A stretch of 64,000 nucleotides of DNA, from assembly GCF_009914755.1 (NCBI RefSeq), contig NC_060930.1; one strand, given 5' to 3'. The notes below the pieces were generated by a model, which was not told the origin of the DNA, did no database searches, and was given only the letters and a program-made list of their open reading frames with translations. Numbering within the stretch: position 1 is the first letter of the stretch; each line of letters begins with the position of its first letter. The DNA is from the human T2T-CHM13v2.0 reference genome, Homo sapiens. Positions 1-12,015 of the stretch are shown one piece after another. The position numbers and the translations under genes were made by a program.

Positions 1-111
1 TCAAATTTGGGAAACTTTTTAAGAAGCTTAATGAGGTGCAGTGATCAAATGACAGAATATATTATCTGAAGAACTTCATTGGAGACTATTACTCATTAAA
101 TTACCAGTTGC

Positions 112-409
<298 letters not shown>

Positions 410-899
410 TTACCAGTTGTGCTCTTGGGGAAAAAAAGTAAAAGTTGAAAAACTGTGTTTACACCAAAGGCCACTCATCAGGATATGAGAATGAAATTGC
501 GTCTCCCAGAATCCCTGTGGCTTCTGTGCCAGACTGTACCCTGGGGCCAGGAGGCTGCAGGTGGGACCTGAAGCCCTGGGTGTGGCCTGAGAAGGAGTGA
601 TTGCTCTAGTCACATGGAGGAGTACACCATTACAAAATCAAGAGTGATGGTAGGAGGACTGAAAGTTTGTACATTCTTGCATACTCCTAAGTAGGTGACC
701 GTTCTCAACCTCTGCTCCTAGTCTGTCATCCACAGCCTCTCCCCATCTCTTCACTCTTCTTTGTAGGGAGAAGACATTGATTTGCCTCCTTTCCACCTCC
801 GTGTTTTTAGTCCTTCAATCTAACCCCTCTCAACGTTTCTAGAATCTTGCTTCTTACACCCAACCTCCCTCTGCAACTTCCTTTCTCCCTCCCCATCCC

Positions 900-2590
900 A
901 ACACTTTTCCTCCTCATTCCTCTTTAATCTCACCTATTACTTTGCTCAAGTCCCTTGGACACAAAAATCAACTTCCTCTGGCCCTACTTCCCCATCAAGC
1001 TCCTACTTCATCTCTCCCTTAACTCCCTTACCTGGGTTTCTCCAATCATTAATCCACTCATTCTGCCTCCACTTTTCACCTTCCACTGACTTTTCTATCC
1101 TTTTCCATCTGAGTATGCCCTAGTTCTCCCCAAACTTATCTCCCAAAGGTCATTGGAGACTTGCCCATAGTCCTTCTCTGCATCTCTACCTGTCATTTTC
1201 TCATGAGTTACAACAGCTAACCATCCCTTTCATGTTTAAGCCCATACCTTCCAGGATATTTTGCTCTCCTGGTTCTCCAACTAACTCCTCATCTATTCTT
1301 TGTCTCCTTTCCTTCCTCCTGAGGTTTTGTCCTCAGCAATCACCTCCTATATCTCCATATTCCATCCCAACTTCGGCCATTTCAACAATTAGTTTCATGC
1401 CTGTGGCTCCTAAATTTGTGACTTTAGTCCTGATCTTTCTCTTTCTCAAACTGCAGACCCATGAGTTACATCTGGTGAGCCTCTCCCTATGAATATTTCT
1501 TTAGTACCTCAAACACAGCCTTTCTATACTGAACTCAAGATAATTTTCCCACACTCAAGCCTTCTCCTCTTTCTACCTTCTCAGTCTCAGATAACAGAAT
1601 TACCATGCTTTTTATCATTCCTATTAGATGAATGTAATTCTCTCTCTTTGCCTCAGGTCTCCAACATCCAGATAGTCCTGAAGTCTTGTCCATTTACCTC
1701 ACAGAAACATGTGTTTAGGCCACTTGCTCTCCAATAAGTTGGTCCTCTCCCCTAGATCAAATGTTATTTGATCCACCTGCCTCTGGATTCTCCCACCTGC
1801 AACTCGGCCCCCACACATCTCCCAGTGTGAGTTTCTCACTGAGGCATCTCCAGACTAGCAGCATTAGCAGCACCTGAGAATTTGTTAGAAATGCAAAGTC
1901 AAGGGCCCCATTCAAGACCTACTGAATCAAAAACTAAGAGTGGAGCCCATTAATCTCTGTTTTAAGAAGCCATCCAGGAGATTCTGATACAAGCTAAAGT
2001 TTGAGTCACTATTTTAGAGCATACAGTAGATTTTTAATTGCATTGTTCAAAATCCTTTACTCTTTCCCTATCAATATAAAATAAATTAATAGTCCATAGT
2101 ATAGCATTCAAGGCCTCTTACTTTGTGGCCCCAAACTATCTTTGCAGAGTTATATCTCACCACTTCTTTTCACCTACTTCATGCTCCAGAAAAATGTGAG
2201 TATTACCTGTGCTTTCTAAACTCCCCTAACATTTGATCCCATTGCTTCAGAAACCTGGCCTCCATGGCTTCACATCTTTCTTCCACCAAATCTTCATATG
2301 CAGCTCAAATGCAGTCTCTTCTAAAAAGTCTTCCTGAGATACTTCTTCCTTCCCTGTCCCTATGGAAGTCTTCTCTCCCAGCTCTATGCTCCCATATAAC
2401 TTCACTTGTATCTCTAATACTATATGCATCCTATCTTCTAGTGCATTTGTTTGTGTATTTGTGCTGTCTTCCCTAGTAGATTGTGAGCTCCTTGAGGGCA
2501 GGGACTGTGTCTGTTTCCTCTCTGTATCTCTAGGGACTCATACCATGTTTTACACACAGTCGGCACTCAGTGTCTGTTAATGTGAATGGA
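900..2590 (+). mobile_element. L2 LINE fragments (3' part), interrupted by MER5A
   Basis: CT-rich L2-like body; 3' end motif TAGATTGTGAGCTCCTTGAGGGCAGGGACTGTGTCTG at about 2477-2515; left boundary approximate. Confidence 0.75.
1823..2018. mobile_element. MER5A (hAT-Charlie MITE)
   Basis: AGCAGCATTAGCAGCACCTGAGAATTTGTTAGAAATGCAAA...ACCTACTGAATCA...GATTCTGATACAAGCTAAAGTTTGAG. Confidence 0.85.
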
Positions 2591-4134
2591 ATTAAGTCCC
2601 TGGAGGAGAAAATATAAATGTGTCATCTTTTCTCAGTGAGAAAACAAAACTTCCAAAGTCCATGATGCAATACTGACCTTTTTTTTTTTCCAAATCTTAC
2701 CCTGACATTCCAGGTTTGTTTCGAAAAATTCTGGGAAAAACTTATGTATGGAAAGAAAATAAATTTCTCATTGAATATAAGTGAATATTCTTTATTAATT
2801 AGGATTCCAGATAAGCTGTTCTCAAAAGAGGGAAAGGAAAAAGGAGAGATTCGATACAAGGAGACAAAGAATAATCTCTGCCACAAGGGGATATTGGTTT
2901 CTGTATGAGCAACTCAAATATTACTGGGAAAGTCACATGGCTGCCCAGCTAAGGGTGATCTGTGTACAAGGATGTTGGCATCTAAATTACAGGTGATTTT
3001 ACCAAGATTGTGCCTATGCTCAAAATTCAGTATTTATTATGACTGCAATATCTAGAAAGTATATGAGCCACTCACACTGCTTTCCCATCATCCTCCAGAT
3101 GTTATCTTTGAAAATTCTTGGCAATTATAAGAGTTTTAAAGTTTTAAGAGTCTAAGTAAATAAAAAGCAAAAAGCAGATACATAATAATTTTTACTTGCT
3201 TATTTTCATTAACTCATTTCCTAATCACTAGGTAAATCCTAATTAAATACATTTATCTCACAGCTGCCTCTGCCCTTAGCAAAGAAGTTGCATATATTTC
3301 CTGGTATAAACCAAACCTGTTGAAAAATAATCTATTGTTTGCTTTGCTTATTGAGCCAATAGTGCCAGCTGCCACTGACTACTATTGTCCCCTTTAAACT
3401 AAAACTTGAATGAAGTAATAGTACCTTTTAATAAGATCAGTGTTTCTCATGCAAACATTAGTATGCTAAAAGTAAACCCTAGGGATGGCATTTTGATTGC
3501 CTCCATTAGAAATTAGGACTTCTTAGCTTTCTATTCTTGGTGAAAGAATTCTTGAATATAAGTCACTCCCTGGTAGAGCTGACAGGTCCTTTAGTTACAA
3601 CAGGTGGCAGTAAGAACCCCCATCAGCATTGCTACCATGGTCTGCTTTGGGTAACACTACAGGCCTCCTATACTTTCGGACTTCAGTTTTCAAACTCTGA
3701 TAATTACGTATGAGGTAAGTTCCTAAACAAGTTCCAGCAATTGCACTGGCTTCCAGCACAACGCATTTTAGCTTCAACCATCACACTGGTCTTGGTCTAC
3801 TAATGTGTGTGTGTTGCCTTTGCTTAGTTTTTAAGGTCTTCTACACACAACTTTTAACTCCATTATGCACAGCATTTGCAAAAGCAGTGATAGCATTCAA
3901 AAAATTAGTGAAAAGAAGCATATGACTATGACAAGAATACAAATAAAGATAATTTTTTAAGTAAAAGTGCTGAGAAAATGACAACCATCGTATATGAGAA
4001 TGGGATCAAATCTTGCTCGGTTTTCAAGGACTGCCACACATAACAGGTGAAGACCTCTGTGCCTAAGTATGGACTATAATTAAGGAGAAAAGAAGGAAAA
4101 GTGGTTAGAGATATAAAAGTGTCTGAGCACCACA

Positions 4135-4318
4135 CAGTAGTTTTAAAGGGAGTTTGGGAATGTGTGTAGATATTATCAGTTGTCTCCATAGAGAATAGTA
4201 ATGGCATTTTCGTGGTAGCATTCAGTAAGTCTAAACCCTGCAGTAGATAAATCAGTCCCACTCAATAAAGGATTGTCTCACCCAAAATACCAATATCACC
4301 ACCTGCTGAGAAATTCAG
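4135..4318 (+). mobile_element. MER20-like hAT MITE, diverged
   Basis: ...TTTGGGAATGTGTG...AAAGGATTGTCTCACCCAAAATACCAATATCACC...TGAGAAA follows the MER20 layout. Confidence 0.6.
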
Positions 4319-4344
4319 GAGTATCAGCATCAATATGGGATGCT

Positions 4345-4590
4345 CAGAAGTCTAAGGTTAATTTAGAAGTTGACTAGGAGTTGTTTGAGAACTTAAAGGT
4401 GAAGCATGGTGAACGTTGCTTACAAAATTTCATTAAGAGCAATGAAAGGTTTCAAAGTTTCAAAGCCAATTTGAATTTACTCAACATTAAAGTGAGGGTC
4501 AAGCCAGCAAATGAAAACACCACAATGATTAAAGAGTTTCCCATGACACTGACAGAAGTAACTAAGAAAGGGGCCCAATAAAATGCCTAT
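4345..4590 (+). mobile_element. Tigger/pogo transposase fragment
   Basis: ORF 4381-4581 LFENLKVKHGE...FIKSNERFQSFKANLNLLNIKVRVKPANEN...EFPMTLTEVTKKG resembles the Tigger CENP-B HTH/linker pattern (F.AS.GWF.RFK.R..LHNIKV.GEAASAD....EFP..L..II..G). Confidence 0.65.
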
Positions 4591-5256
4591 CAGCAAAGAG
4601 GAGTGTGTGCATGGTATTAATGCTTCAGAGGATTGACTCACATCCTTATTTGATGGAAAACCTTACAAAGACTATAAGTATAGTCTCTCCTAAGCCACCT
4701 CAGATTTAGAATTAAAAAGAATTGATGGACAACCTTCAGACCTTAACTAGTTTATACATTGGAGAGCTTCTCTTAAATTGGAGAGAAAGCAAGAATGTTA
4801 TCCACTTCACATGTCCTCAAGTAATGGTGTTGAGGTGGAATCTCAGGCACTGGTCCATAAGAGAAGGAGACATTTCAAATGGTAGGAAGGAGAAACTGGA
4901 TATTCTTGGGACCCTAAAATTATCCAAGGACATTTAACCCTAAAATTATGCAAGGACATAGGGAATAATTTTAGGGTTTCAGTAATATCCAATGTACCCG
5001 TAGAGGGATCCTCTAGGACCACACCCTAGAGAATATACAGTGGTTTTCAGCCTTACCACAAAAATGGTTTTAAATTATTTTCTTCAGAATAAATAGGGAT
5101 CACTCTGAGGGGAAATTCCTTCAGTAAAGTCATCTTTTGGCTGCCTAGAAGCACCTAGCACAGAGCATGGTGGCATATAATTTATATAATATATCTATTG
5201 GATGAACTTAATTGGAACGGATACACTGATTATAGATTTCAAGAAGTTTAGAAGGA

Positions 5257-5549
5257 GGCTAGGCTCAGTGGCTCATGCCTATAATCCCAGCACTTTGGGA
5301 GGCCAAGGCGGGCAGGTCACCTGAAGACAAGAGTTCAAGACCAGCTTGGCCAACATGGGGAAACCTCATCTCTACTAAAAATACAAAAATTAGCCAGTTG
5401 TGGTGATGCACACCTGTAATCCCAGCTATGCGGGAGGCTGAGGCAGGAGAACCACTTGAACCTGAGAGTCAGAGGTTGCAGTGATCCGAGACTGCACCAC
5501 TGCACTCTAGTCTGGGTGAAGGAGTGAGACTCTGCCAAAGAAAAAAAAA
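5257..5549 (+). mobile_element. Alu (AluS-type)
   Basis: Dimeric Alu; TSD TTTAGAAGGAG at about 5247 and 5735 brackets the Alu plus the purine repeat. Confidence 0.95.
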
Positions 5550-5733
5550 GGGAAGGAAGGAAGGAAGGAAGGCAGAGAGGGAGGGAGGGGAGGGAAGGGG
5601 AGGGGAGGGGGGAGGAAGGAAGGAAGGAAGAAAGGAAGTGGGGGAGGGAGGGGGAGGGAGGAAGGAAGGAAGAAAGGAAGGAAGGAAGTGGGGGAGGGAG
5701 GGGGAGGGAGGAAGGAAGGAAGGAAATAAATAA
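5550..5733 (+). repeat. GGAA/GGGA polypurine repeat expanded from the Alu tail
   Basis: About 180 bp of near-pure purine lying inside the Alu TSDs. Confidence 0.95.
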
Positions 5734-6112
5734 ATTTAGAAGGAGAACTATGTAATGGGTAAGGAGGGCACCTTCTCATATGGAAGTGGAATTGTCAAAT
5801 ACCTACAATTTTTTAAAGGAAAGGGAGTATCCAGGACAATGATAATGATACGAAAGAAACAGCAAAGGGAGGGGCTGAGAGATGGCATCAGCAGAATTTT
5901 AGGTAATCGAAACACACTGAACACCTGCTGTAAGTTTAAGTACATTGTGAAATTTTTTAATTGAAAAAGAAAAATAGGAATAAAAGCAATAATATGAAGC
6001 AAGAGAGAACACAGCAACAGAAAGAGCAGAGGTTAGAATATATTAATAATATCAATTGTCGTTTGTTGTTAAAAATGTTAATTTAGCCTATGCTATGACT
6101 TTAGCATCATAC

Positions 6113-6522
6113 TAGGCGCTGGGATCTCTGTAAGGAGATAAAAAAAAGTGGGAGTGGTGCAGCAGATGATCCAAGTGGAAAACCATGAGACCCAGATCTT
6201 ACGAACAGATTTGTAGAAAGCTGATTATATTTATTTTCTGTATAAAATGGTATTTTAGAGAGAATTATAAGGGGGTGGGAGGGAAAGGAGGCATAGGAGA
6301 ACATTTTGCACATACGAATCTTGGGGAAAATGAAAATGATCCTGGAAACTCTGGAGAATAGAGAAGGGATGGTTGTTCAAAGAAAATATATAAAGAATAT
6401 CTATAAGCAGGAATACATATTCCTGTATTTTTAGATACAAGAAATAAGGTCATATGGGCTATCATATTTTTCCAACTTGTCTAGTATCCAACAATCATAC
6501 ATCAAGTAAAGACTCAAGAAAG
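6113..6522 (-). other. Cluster of candidate microexons (6501-6522, 6316-6350, 6203-6237, 6113-6127)
   Basis: Each segment is bounded by pyrimidine-rich YAG and GTATG/GTAAG; spacers of 78 and 75 nt read like minimal introns. Confidence 0.3.
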
Positions 6523-7029
6523 CTAATATATGAAGACATCCAAAAGAAAGATGTTGGAAACAGATTACTGAGAAAAATTTAGACTTGTATGCAGTCTAAT
6601 AATAAGCAGACCAGTAACCTCAAGTGTTTCCAGTTCATAAACACTCAATAAGAGATTGGCAAATGAATAAATCAGTTGCTCAGTTAAGAAATCAAGCCTG
6701 AGCTGGAAGTTGGATAACAAAGGAGAACAATTTGGCAATCTAGCAAAAGTATTTAGGTAAGTTAGTAAGAAAGATGCTAATAAAATATGCATTCAGAGGT
6801 ATGAATTAGTCATATGAAAAAGCTGAGGCTGCAAGCTGAACATTTAGCCATCCTTTCTTCTTGTACTTTGGAGGGTGGGAGAAGTGTTTTATAGAGAACA
6901 ATAATAATACTCAAAATGTAAATTGTTTTGACAAATACTATAAAAATGTTGAGGCAGCATGCAGGTTTTTACCTGATAGCTTTACCTGATTATTTCTCAT
7001 TTATCACTTTTTTACTAATAAAAACTAAG

Positions 7030-7049
7030 ACCTGACTTCCCATTCGAAT
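7030..7049 (+). repeat. (CA)n microsatellite
   Basis: About 10 CA units. Confidence 0.95.
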
Positions 7050-8607
7050 CACACACACACACACACACAGAACCAAAAACAGTGTCCTCCACCTCAGTAA
7101 GGAAAGCAAAGATCAGGTTGATACAGGCAAGTGTCATCGGCTAAATGGTTAGGAGAGTGCAATTAGGAATGTAATATCGAAGCATAATATCAGATGTACT
7201 ACATACATATTATTCTATGTATGATTGCTGGATGCTATACAAACTGTAATAGGAGAAAATGAGATATCAGCCTCAATAATCATGCTGAAGATAAATCATA
7301 ATCAGAGTCTCCAAAATGTTTTCTATATTGAAAAGATCTTGCCATAGAATGCATGCCCTGACCACAAACTTCTTCTAAATGGATGATCAGGTACAGCTTC
7401 CATGAGAAAAGCAACCTTAGGTGGTTTCTTAAGCACAAAGCACCATGTAGCACTATGTGACACCTCCTGCCCCCACCCTTATTCTCTGCCTGCAGATGAT
7501 TTTTTCGGGGGAGTTGAGCACCTGGCCCAAGGATGGCCATGTTCTATGACTTGGTCTGATACAAAAGGCTTCCCCCAAACACAAGGTGATTCGTTGAGAT
7601 GGTGACATTCTTATTCTCTCAAGAATTTGAACTAAAAATATACAAAGGACATACCACTGTCAATGGATCAGAAGGAGAAAGATAAGCAAATAGAGGCTGA
7701 ATAAAACCCCAGCTTACTCACATTCAATGCACAGGACAAGAAGGAACTCAGTTAATTCCTGCTGCTGAGAAACTAACAATTTCACTTAACCCCTAGAGAT
7801 GCCTCTTCCAACACCAAACAGCCTTCCAGGTCCCAAACTATTCCCAGATCCTTAAGGTTTAGCTGTAAGAGTAGTCCAGAGATTCCTTTTACTCTTATTG
7901 CAACAGTTACCATTACAATAAACCAGAACAATAAGTGCAACTGGGCCAGATTCAAGTCATGATTTTCATTTCTATTGACCTTTCCATTGTGGAAATGTAC
8001 AGAGTTTCTGTTACTCCCTGATACACTTCACTTCCCTCCATGAAATTAAATTCCTCCATTTACTTTTTACTACCTGTATTTCAATTCTATTTATTATTAT
8101 TTGTTGTTGCTGCTTTCCTTTTTTTGTTATTTTTGCTTTGGCTCCTAGGATGAAGTGATGTAAGGAACAACTGACTTTTCTTAAGTTTTGGCCTTGAGAG
8201 TGAGAAAGAGCAGTGAAGGAAGGATGGGAGGGGTAGTGGGCCGAGAGATGAAAGTACTTAGAGGATCTGAACAAGGTTTGTGGACCAGGCTTCACCAGCC
8301 CCATTAGCATCCTCTGGGTTTTTCAAGGGATTTGGAGAGCACAGCCATGATATTAACCACCACCATGTGCTCAGCCAGGCTTAGCCCAGTCACAACCATC
8401 CTAGGGGACAGAATCAACTCCTCTTATCTTATAAATAGATGTTATATGCTATAGATCTATATGTTACAGATCTGAATATACTCCAGCAAATAAAGTGGAC
8501 ATATAGTTAGGGAAGTCTTTTCTGAAAAGAAATAACCAAGAAAAATTACTAAAATCCAGTGCGGGGAGGAGAGGATTCAGTCTACTAGAGAATAATTTGA
8601 AGATAAA

Positions 8608-9320
8608 GTTCAATCAACAAACATTTGTTGACTCTGTGTGTAAAGCTTTGCAACACATTGTGTTGTCAATAGGCACAGCCCCAGCCCTTAAGGAACATAT
8701 GGTCTATTGGAAGAGAAAGCCGAGTAAATAAGTGATTGCAATAGAGTGTGACACATTTTATAATAGAGATATGTACAATGCATTATGTGAGCACAGAAGC
8801 CTAAATAAAAATTTCTGTGAGACATAGGAAAAAGGAGCCTGGAATAATCACATTTTAAGCTGGAACATGATATGAGTTTGCTAGGCTGACAATTTATTCA
8901 GATAAACAGCATGAACAAAGGCATGTAGATGCTGAGATATAAATGGTGTTCAGGGAATGAAAAGTGGCCTGTGGTGGCCAGAGTATGGGGTAAAAAGAGG
9001 AATGGCAGGAGAAGAGGCTGGCAGGGAGGAGTGTCCATGAACGGCCTCAAATGCCTTGCTAAGGACAATAGATTTATCCTGCAGACAGCAGAAAGTCACC
9101 CAAGGTTTTCTAACCAAAGGAGAACAAGATGAGGCCTGCAGTTTTGAAAGCATTCTTGAATGAAAGACAGAAGATGGAAGAATGAAGACCAGGTAAACAG
9201 GTGTTGGAAAAGCCAATGAGAAATAAGGGGGAGTCTATATTAAAGAAGAAGAAGAAAGTGAGGGGAGGGGGAAGGTGGGGAGATGCTAGAGAAATTTCAG
9301 AAATAAAATTGAAGGATGAA
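8608..9320 (-). mobile_element. L2 fragment
   Basis: TTCAATCAACAAACATTTGTTGA (reverse L2 3' end) followed by typical L2 antisense sequence. Confidence 0.7.
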
Positions 9321-9689
9321 AGACAAGTAGATTTAACTAGAAGATAAACTCTTTAAATTGAAAGAGAGCAAAGTTTCAGATTGCAAAAAGGACCATGTAG
9401 TAATTTCAGAAGCAGAACATAAATCTCACAATCTGATAATATAGTAGAACAGAGCAAGTCACTATTGCCAAATGGATGAATTCTTTTTCTACTTTGCAGA
9501 TTGTCCATCCTTGCTTAATCATAGTCAACTAGGCAGAAAATCTTTCTGTGAAGTAACAATATAATCAGAGGTGTTAATTACATACCTCATTTTCTCCACT
9601 TTTAGCACTACTCTTTCATTGAGTCTTTCTAAACACATTGGTTACTTAACAACATGGTTAAGCAAACATCCCTCACACCAGCAGATATC

Positions 9690-9880
9690 CATTCATGTAT
9701 CATTCGACAAGCATTTACTGAGCACCTACTATGTCCCAGGAATTATGCTAGGTCCTAGATATCTAGTGGTGAACTAGACAATTGAGATCCCTTCCCTGAC
9801 TGAGATTTCACTGTAATGAAAGTGAGAAGCAATTTAAGTAGCATTTTCAATACAGTGTGTTAAAGTGCAGTAAAGGGAAG
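9690..9880 (-). mobile_element. L2 3' end fragment
   Basis: ATTCATGTATCATTCGACAAGCATTTACTGAGCACCTACTATGTCCCAGG. Confidence 0.8.
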
Positions 9881-9899
9881 TATTTCCTTTACGGTCTAG

Positions 9900-9975
9900 A
9901 GCAGTACCTGAGAGAGTGCATTTCTAAAAATCCCCAAGTAATGTTGATGTTTCTAGTCTAGGGACCACACGTTAA
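9900..9975. mobile_element. MER5-family fragment
   Basis: TGCATTTCTAAAAATCCCCAAGTAATGTTGATG...GGGACCACAC. Confidence 0.6.
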
Positions 9976-11389
9976 ATGGCATAGATTCCCATAACCTAGT
10001 GTTAGTCATTCTCACTCAAAGTCACTTGAAGAGAAATTGGCAGGAGAATGAAATCTGCATTTCCTGCATATCATGATTTCAGCAATAGCAATTAAGAACA
10101 GAGAAAGAATGAACAAGCAAATACAGGCATACTTGCAGGACTCTGATGGAACTACAGCAGAAAATCCAACTGACCTTTGAGCAAGTTGGTTCAGAAAGAC
10201 AGTGGAGATGAGTGTCCACACTTGGGACCTCAAGCAGATGTGTAGAACCAGAGCCATGAAGGTAGAAAACTAGGTCCAGGACAGAGTTCTCATTGCATCA
10301 CTCATTTTGCCCACAGCCCAGTGCAGAGGGATTAGCATTTAATACCTGACCCAAAATTAAGTTATAATAATACTGCTTAAATAATTTGCTATGTGCATTT
10401 ATGCTTCAAATTAAATATTTTATAAATGTCTTTCATCCTATGGGTTCATATATTTTCAACTAATTATTTTGTTGTCCTAACAAAGTTTCTGGATCTTAAA
10501 CATCCTTTTCAGGCAAGATTAAAGAGAGTAACTGAGCTAGGAGAATTTAGCTGACTGGGATCCTGAGACCATCTACCTTGTCTTTCAAAGCAATTAAAAG
10601 GCCAAGAGAAGCAGAAAGGAAATGGGAAAGAGAGGAATCTGCTTCTGTTTATTTAGTTAGCCTCTGTCACACCTGAATTATAGGATACTGCAAATCCAGA
10701 GTCCTAACAGCTGCAACAGCAAGACACACAAACATAAAACAAGCAATAAAGAAACATCAATAAAAGACCCTTTCCCAACAAAATGTTCTTTACTTTGCAT
10801 TTAATACAATATAATCTAAAATGTGTGCTTAAATTTCAGGATGTGGGTCTATACCATTAACACAAGATATTTAAATATGCACCTAAGTCAGCATCTGAAA
10901 AATGGCTCACCTAGCTTCCAGAGTTCCACCTGACTATATTCTGTGAGCTTTACACCTTGTTCCCCTTCAGGAAGCTAGAATTTTCAGGCCTGTGTGTCCT
11001 GATAAAAGCCTCAATACAGAAAGTCATCCCAGGTGAGGAGGCACATCACACCTCCTCATTTTGAGGATGGGCCCTACACTATCAAGAAAAGCCAGGAATC
11101 ATAGTTTTGCTTTCCTTGGCTCTTGTTATATTGACAATCAAAAACTACCTTACAGGGTATTTCTGAAGTTTAACCCTTAACACTGTTATACTCTTTGGGC
11201 CTTTCCTACACTTGTTCTTGCTTGCATTCAGCCAGGACTGGATGCCAGTAAAGGAATTAAATAAGTGAAATTTGTTTTCTGTGCTCTTTACTCTTCTGAT
11301 AACCATCAGACACCAGGGTCCTCCTGTTGCTCCCAGCTGCCCACAGACCTCTGTAGCACCCACCCTGGACCAATAGCCCATGGTCAGAA

Positions 11390-11680
11390 AACATTTTCTT
11401 CCTTTGGAAACAGCTCCGACAACAGCTTAGGAAATTTCCCCCCATCCCCATTTCATATGGCTCCAAGGAGGCTTTCCATCACAGAATGCCACTCCCAGCA
11501 AGGAGTGGGCACGTGACCAAGGTCTGCTCAATCCAGGTCCTTTCCTGGGACTATGGCTGGTGCCTAAGAATTATTAAAATGGGAGCCCAGAGCTGCCAGT
11601 GGCCATATTCTCTATTTGAAGGCACCAAAGCTAACGAGACCAACACAGAGACAGAAGATAAAACCAGAGTTGGAGATACA
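11390..11680. mobile_element. Old ERVL/MaLR LTR fragment (LTR16-like)
   Basis: GGAGTGGGCACGTGACCAAGGTCTGCTCAATC motif. Confidence 0.45.
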
Positions 11681-11829
11681 GAGGAAGCCATAGCATTTTT
11701 GCTAATGAGAAATCAGAACAGTTAATTCCACCAACTCTTATGCTTCTTGAAAATATATGCAATAATAATCATAGTTTACTAGGTTACTTCTCTCAAGTAA
11801 TATATTTGAAATTAACTTGAGACACTCTG

Positions 11830-12015
11830 GTAGACTGAAAAGAATATTGAATATGCTGTAAGACAACCTATGTTTAAATTTCAATTCCAAAATTATTAGC
11901 TGAATGGTATCAGGAAAGTTTCTTCGTCTATAAAATATGGGTAAAAATACTTCCCAGATTGTTGTGAGAGTTAAATTATGTAATACTCGAAAAGTGCTTT
12001 CGTTAACTATAAAGC
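11830..12015 (+). mobile_element. MIR
   Basis: Core-like TTTCTTCGTCTATAAAATATGGG...GTTGTGAGAGTTAAAT...AAAGTGCTTT. Confidence 0.75.

Larger units (their letters stand above)
9586..10710 (-). other. Cluster of candidate microexons (10673-10710, 10133-10151, 10016-10054/10063, 9586-9628)
   Basis: AG/GT-bounded short segments, one 69/78-nt spacer, phase-compatible joins. Confidence 0.28.

Noticed and set aside
6316-9628. Similarity of the joined peptide MSFLESLLDSFQ to the IL-9 helix D, and ITIM-like Tyr motifs in the exon chain
   Set aside because: Short matches across hypothetical junctions; the exon structure does not fit these families
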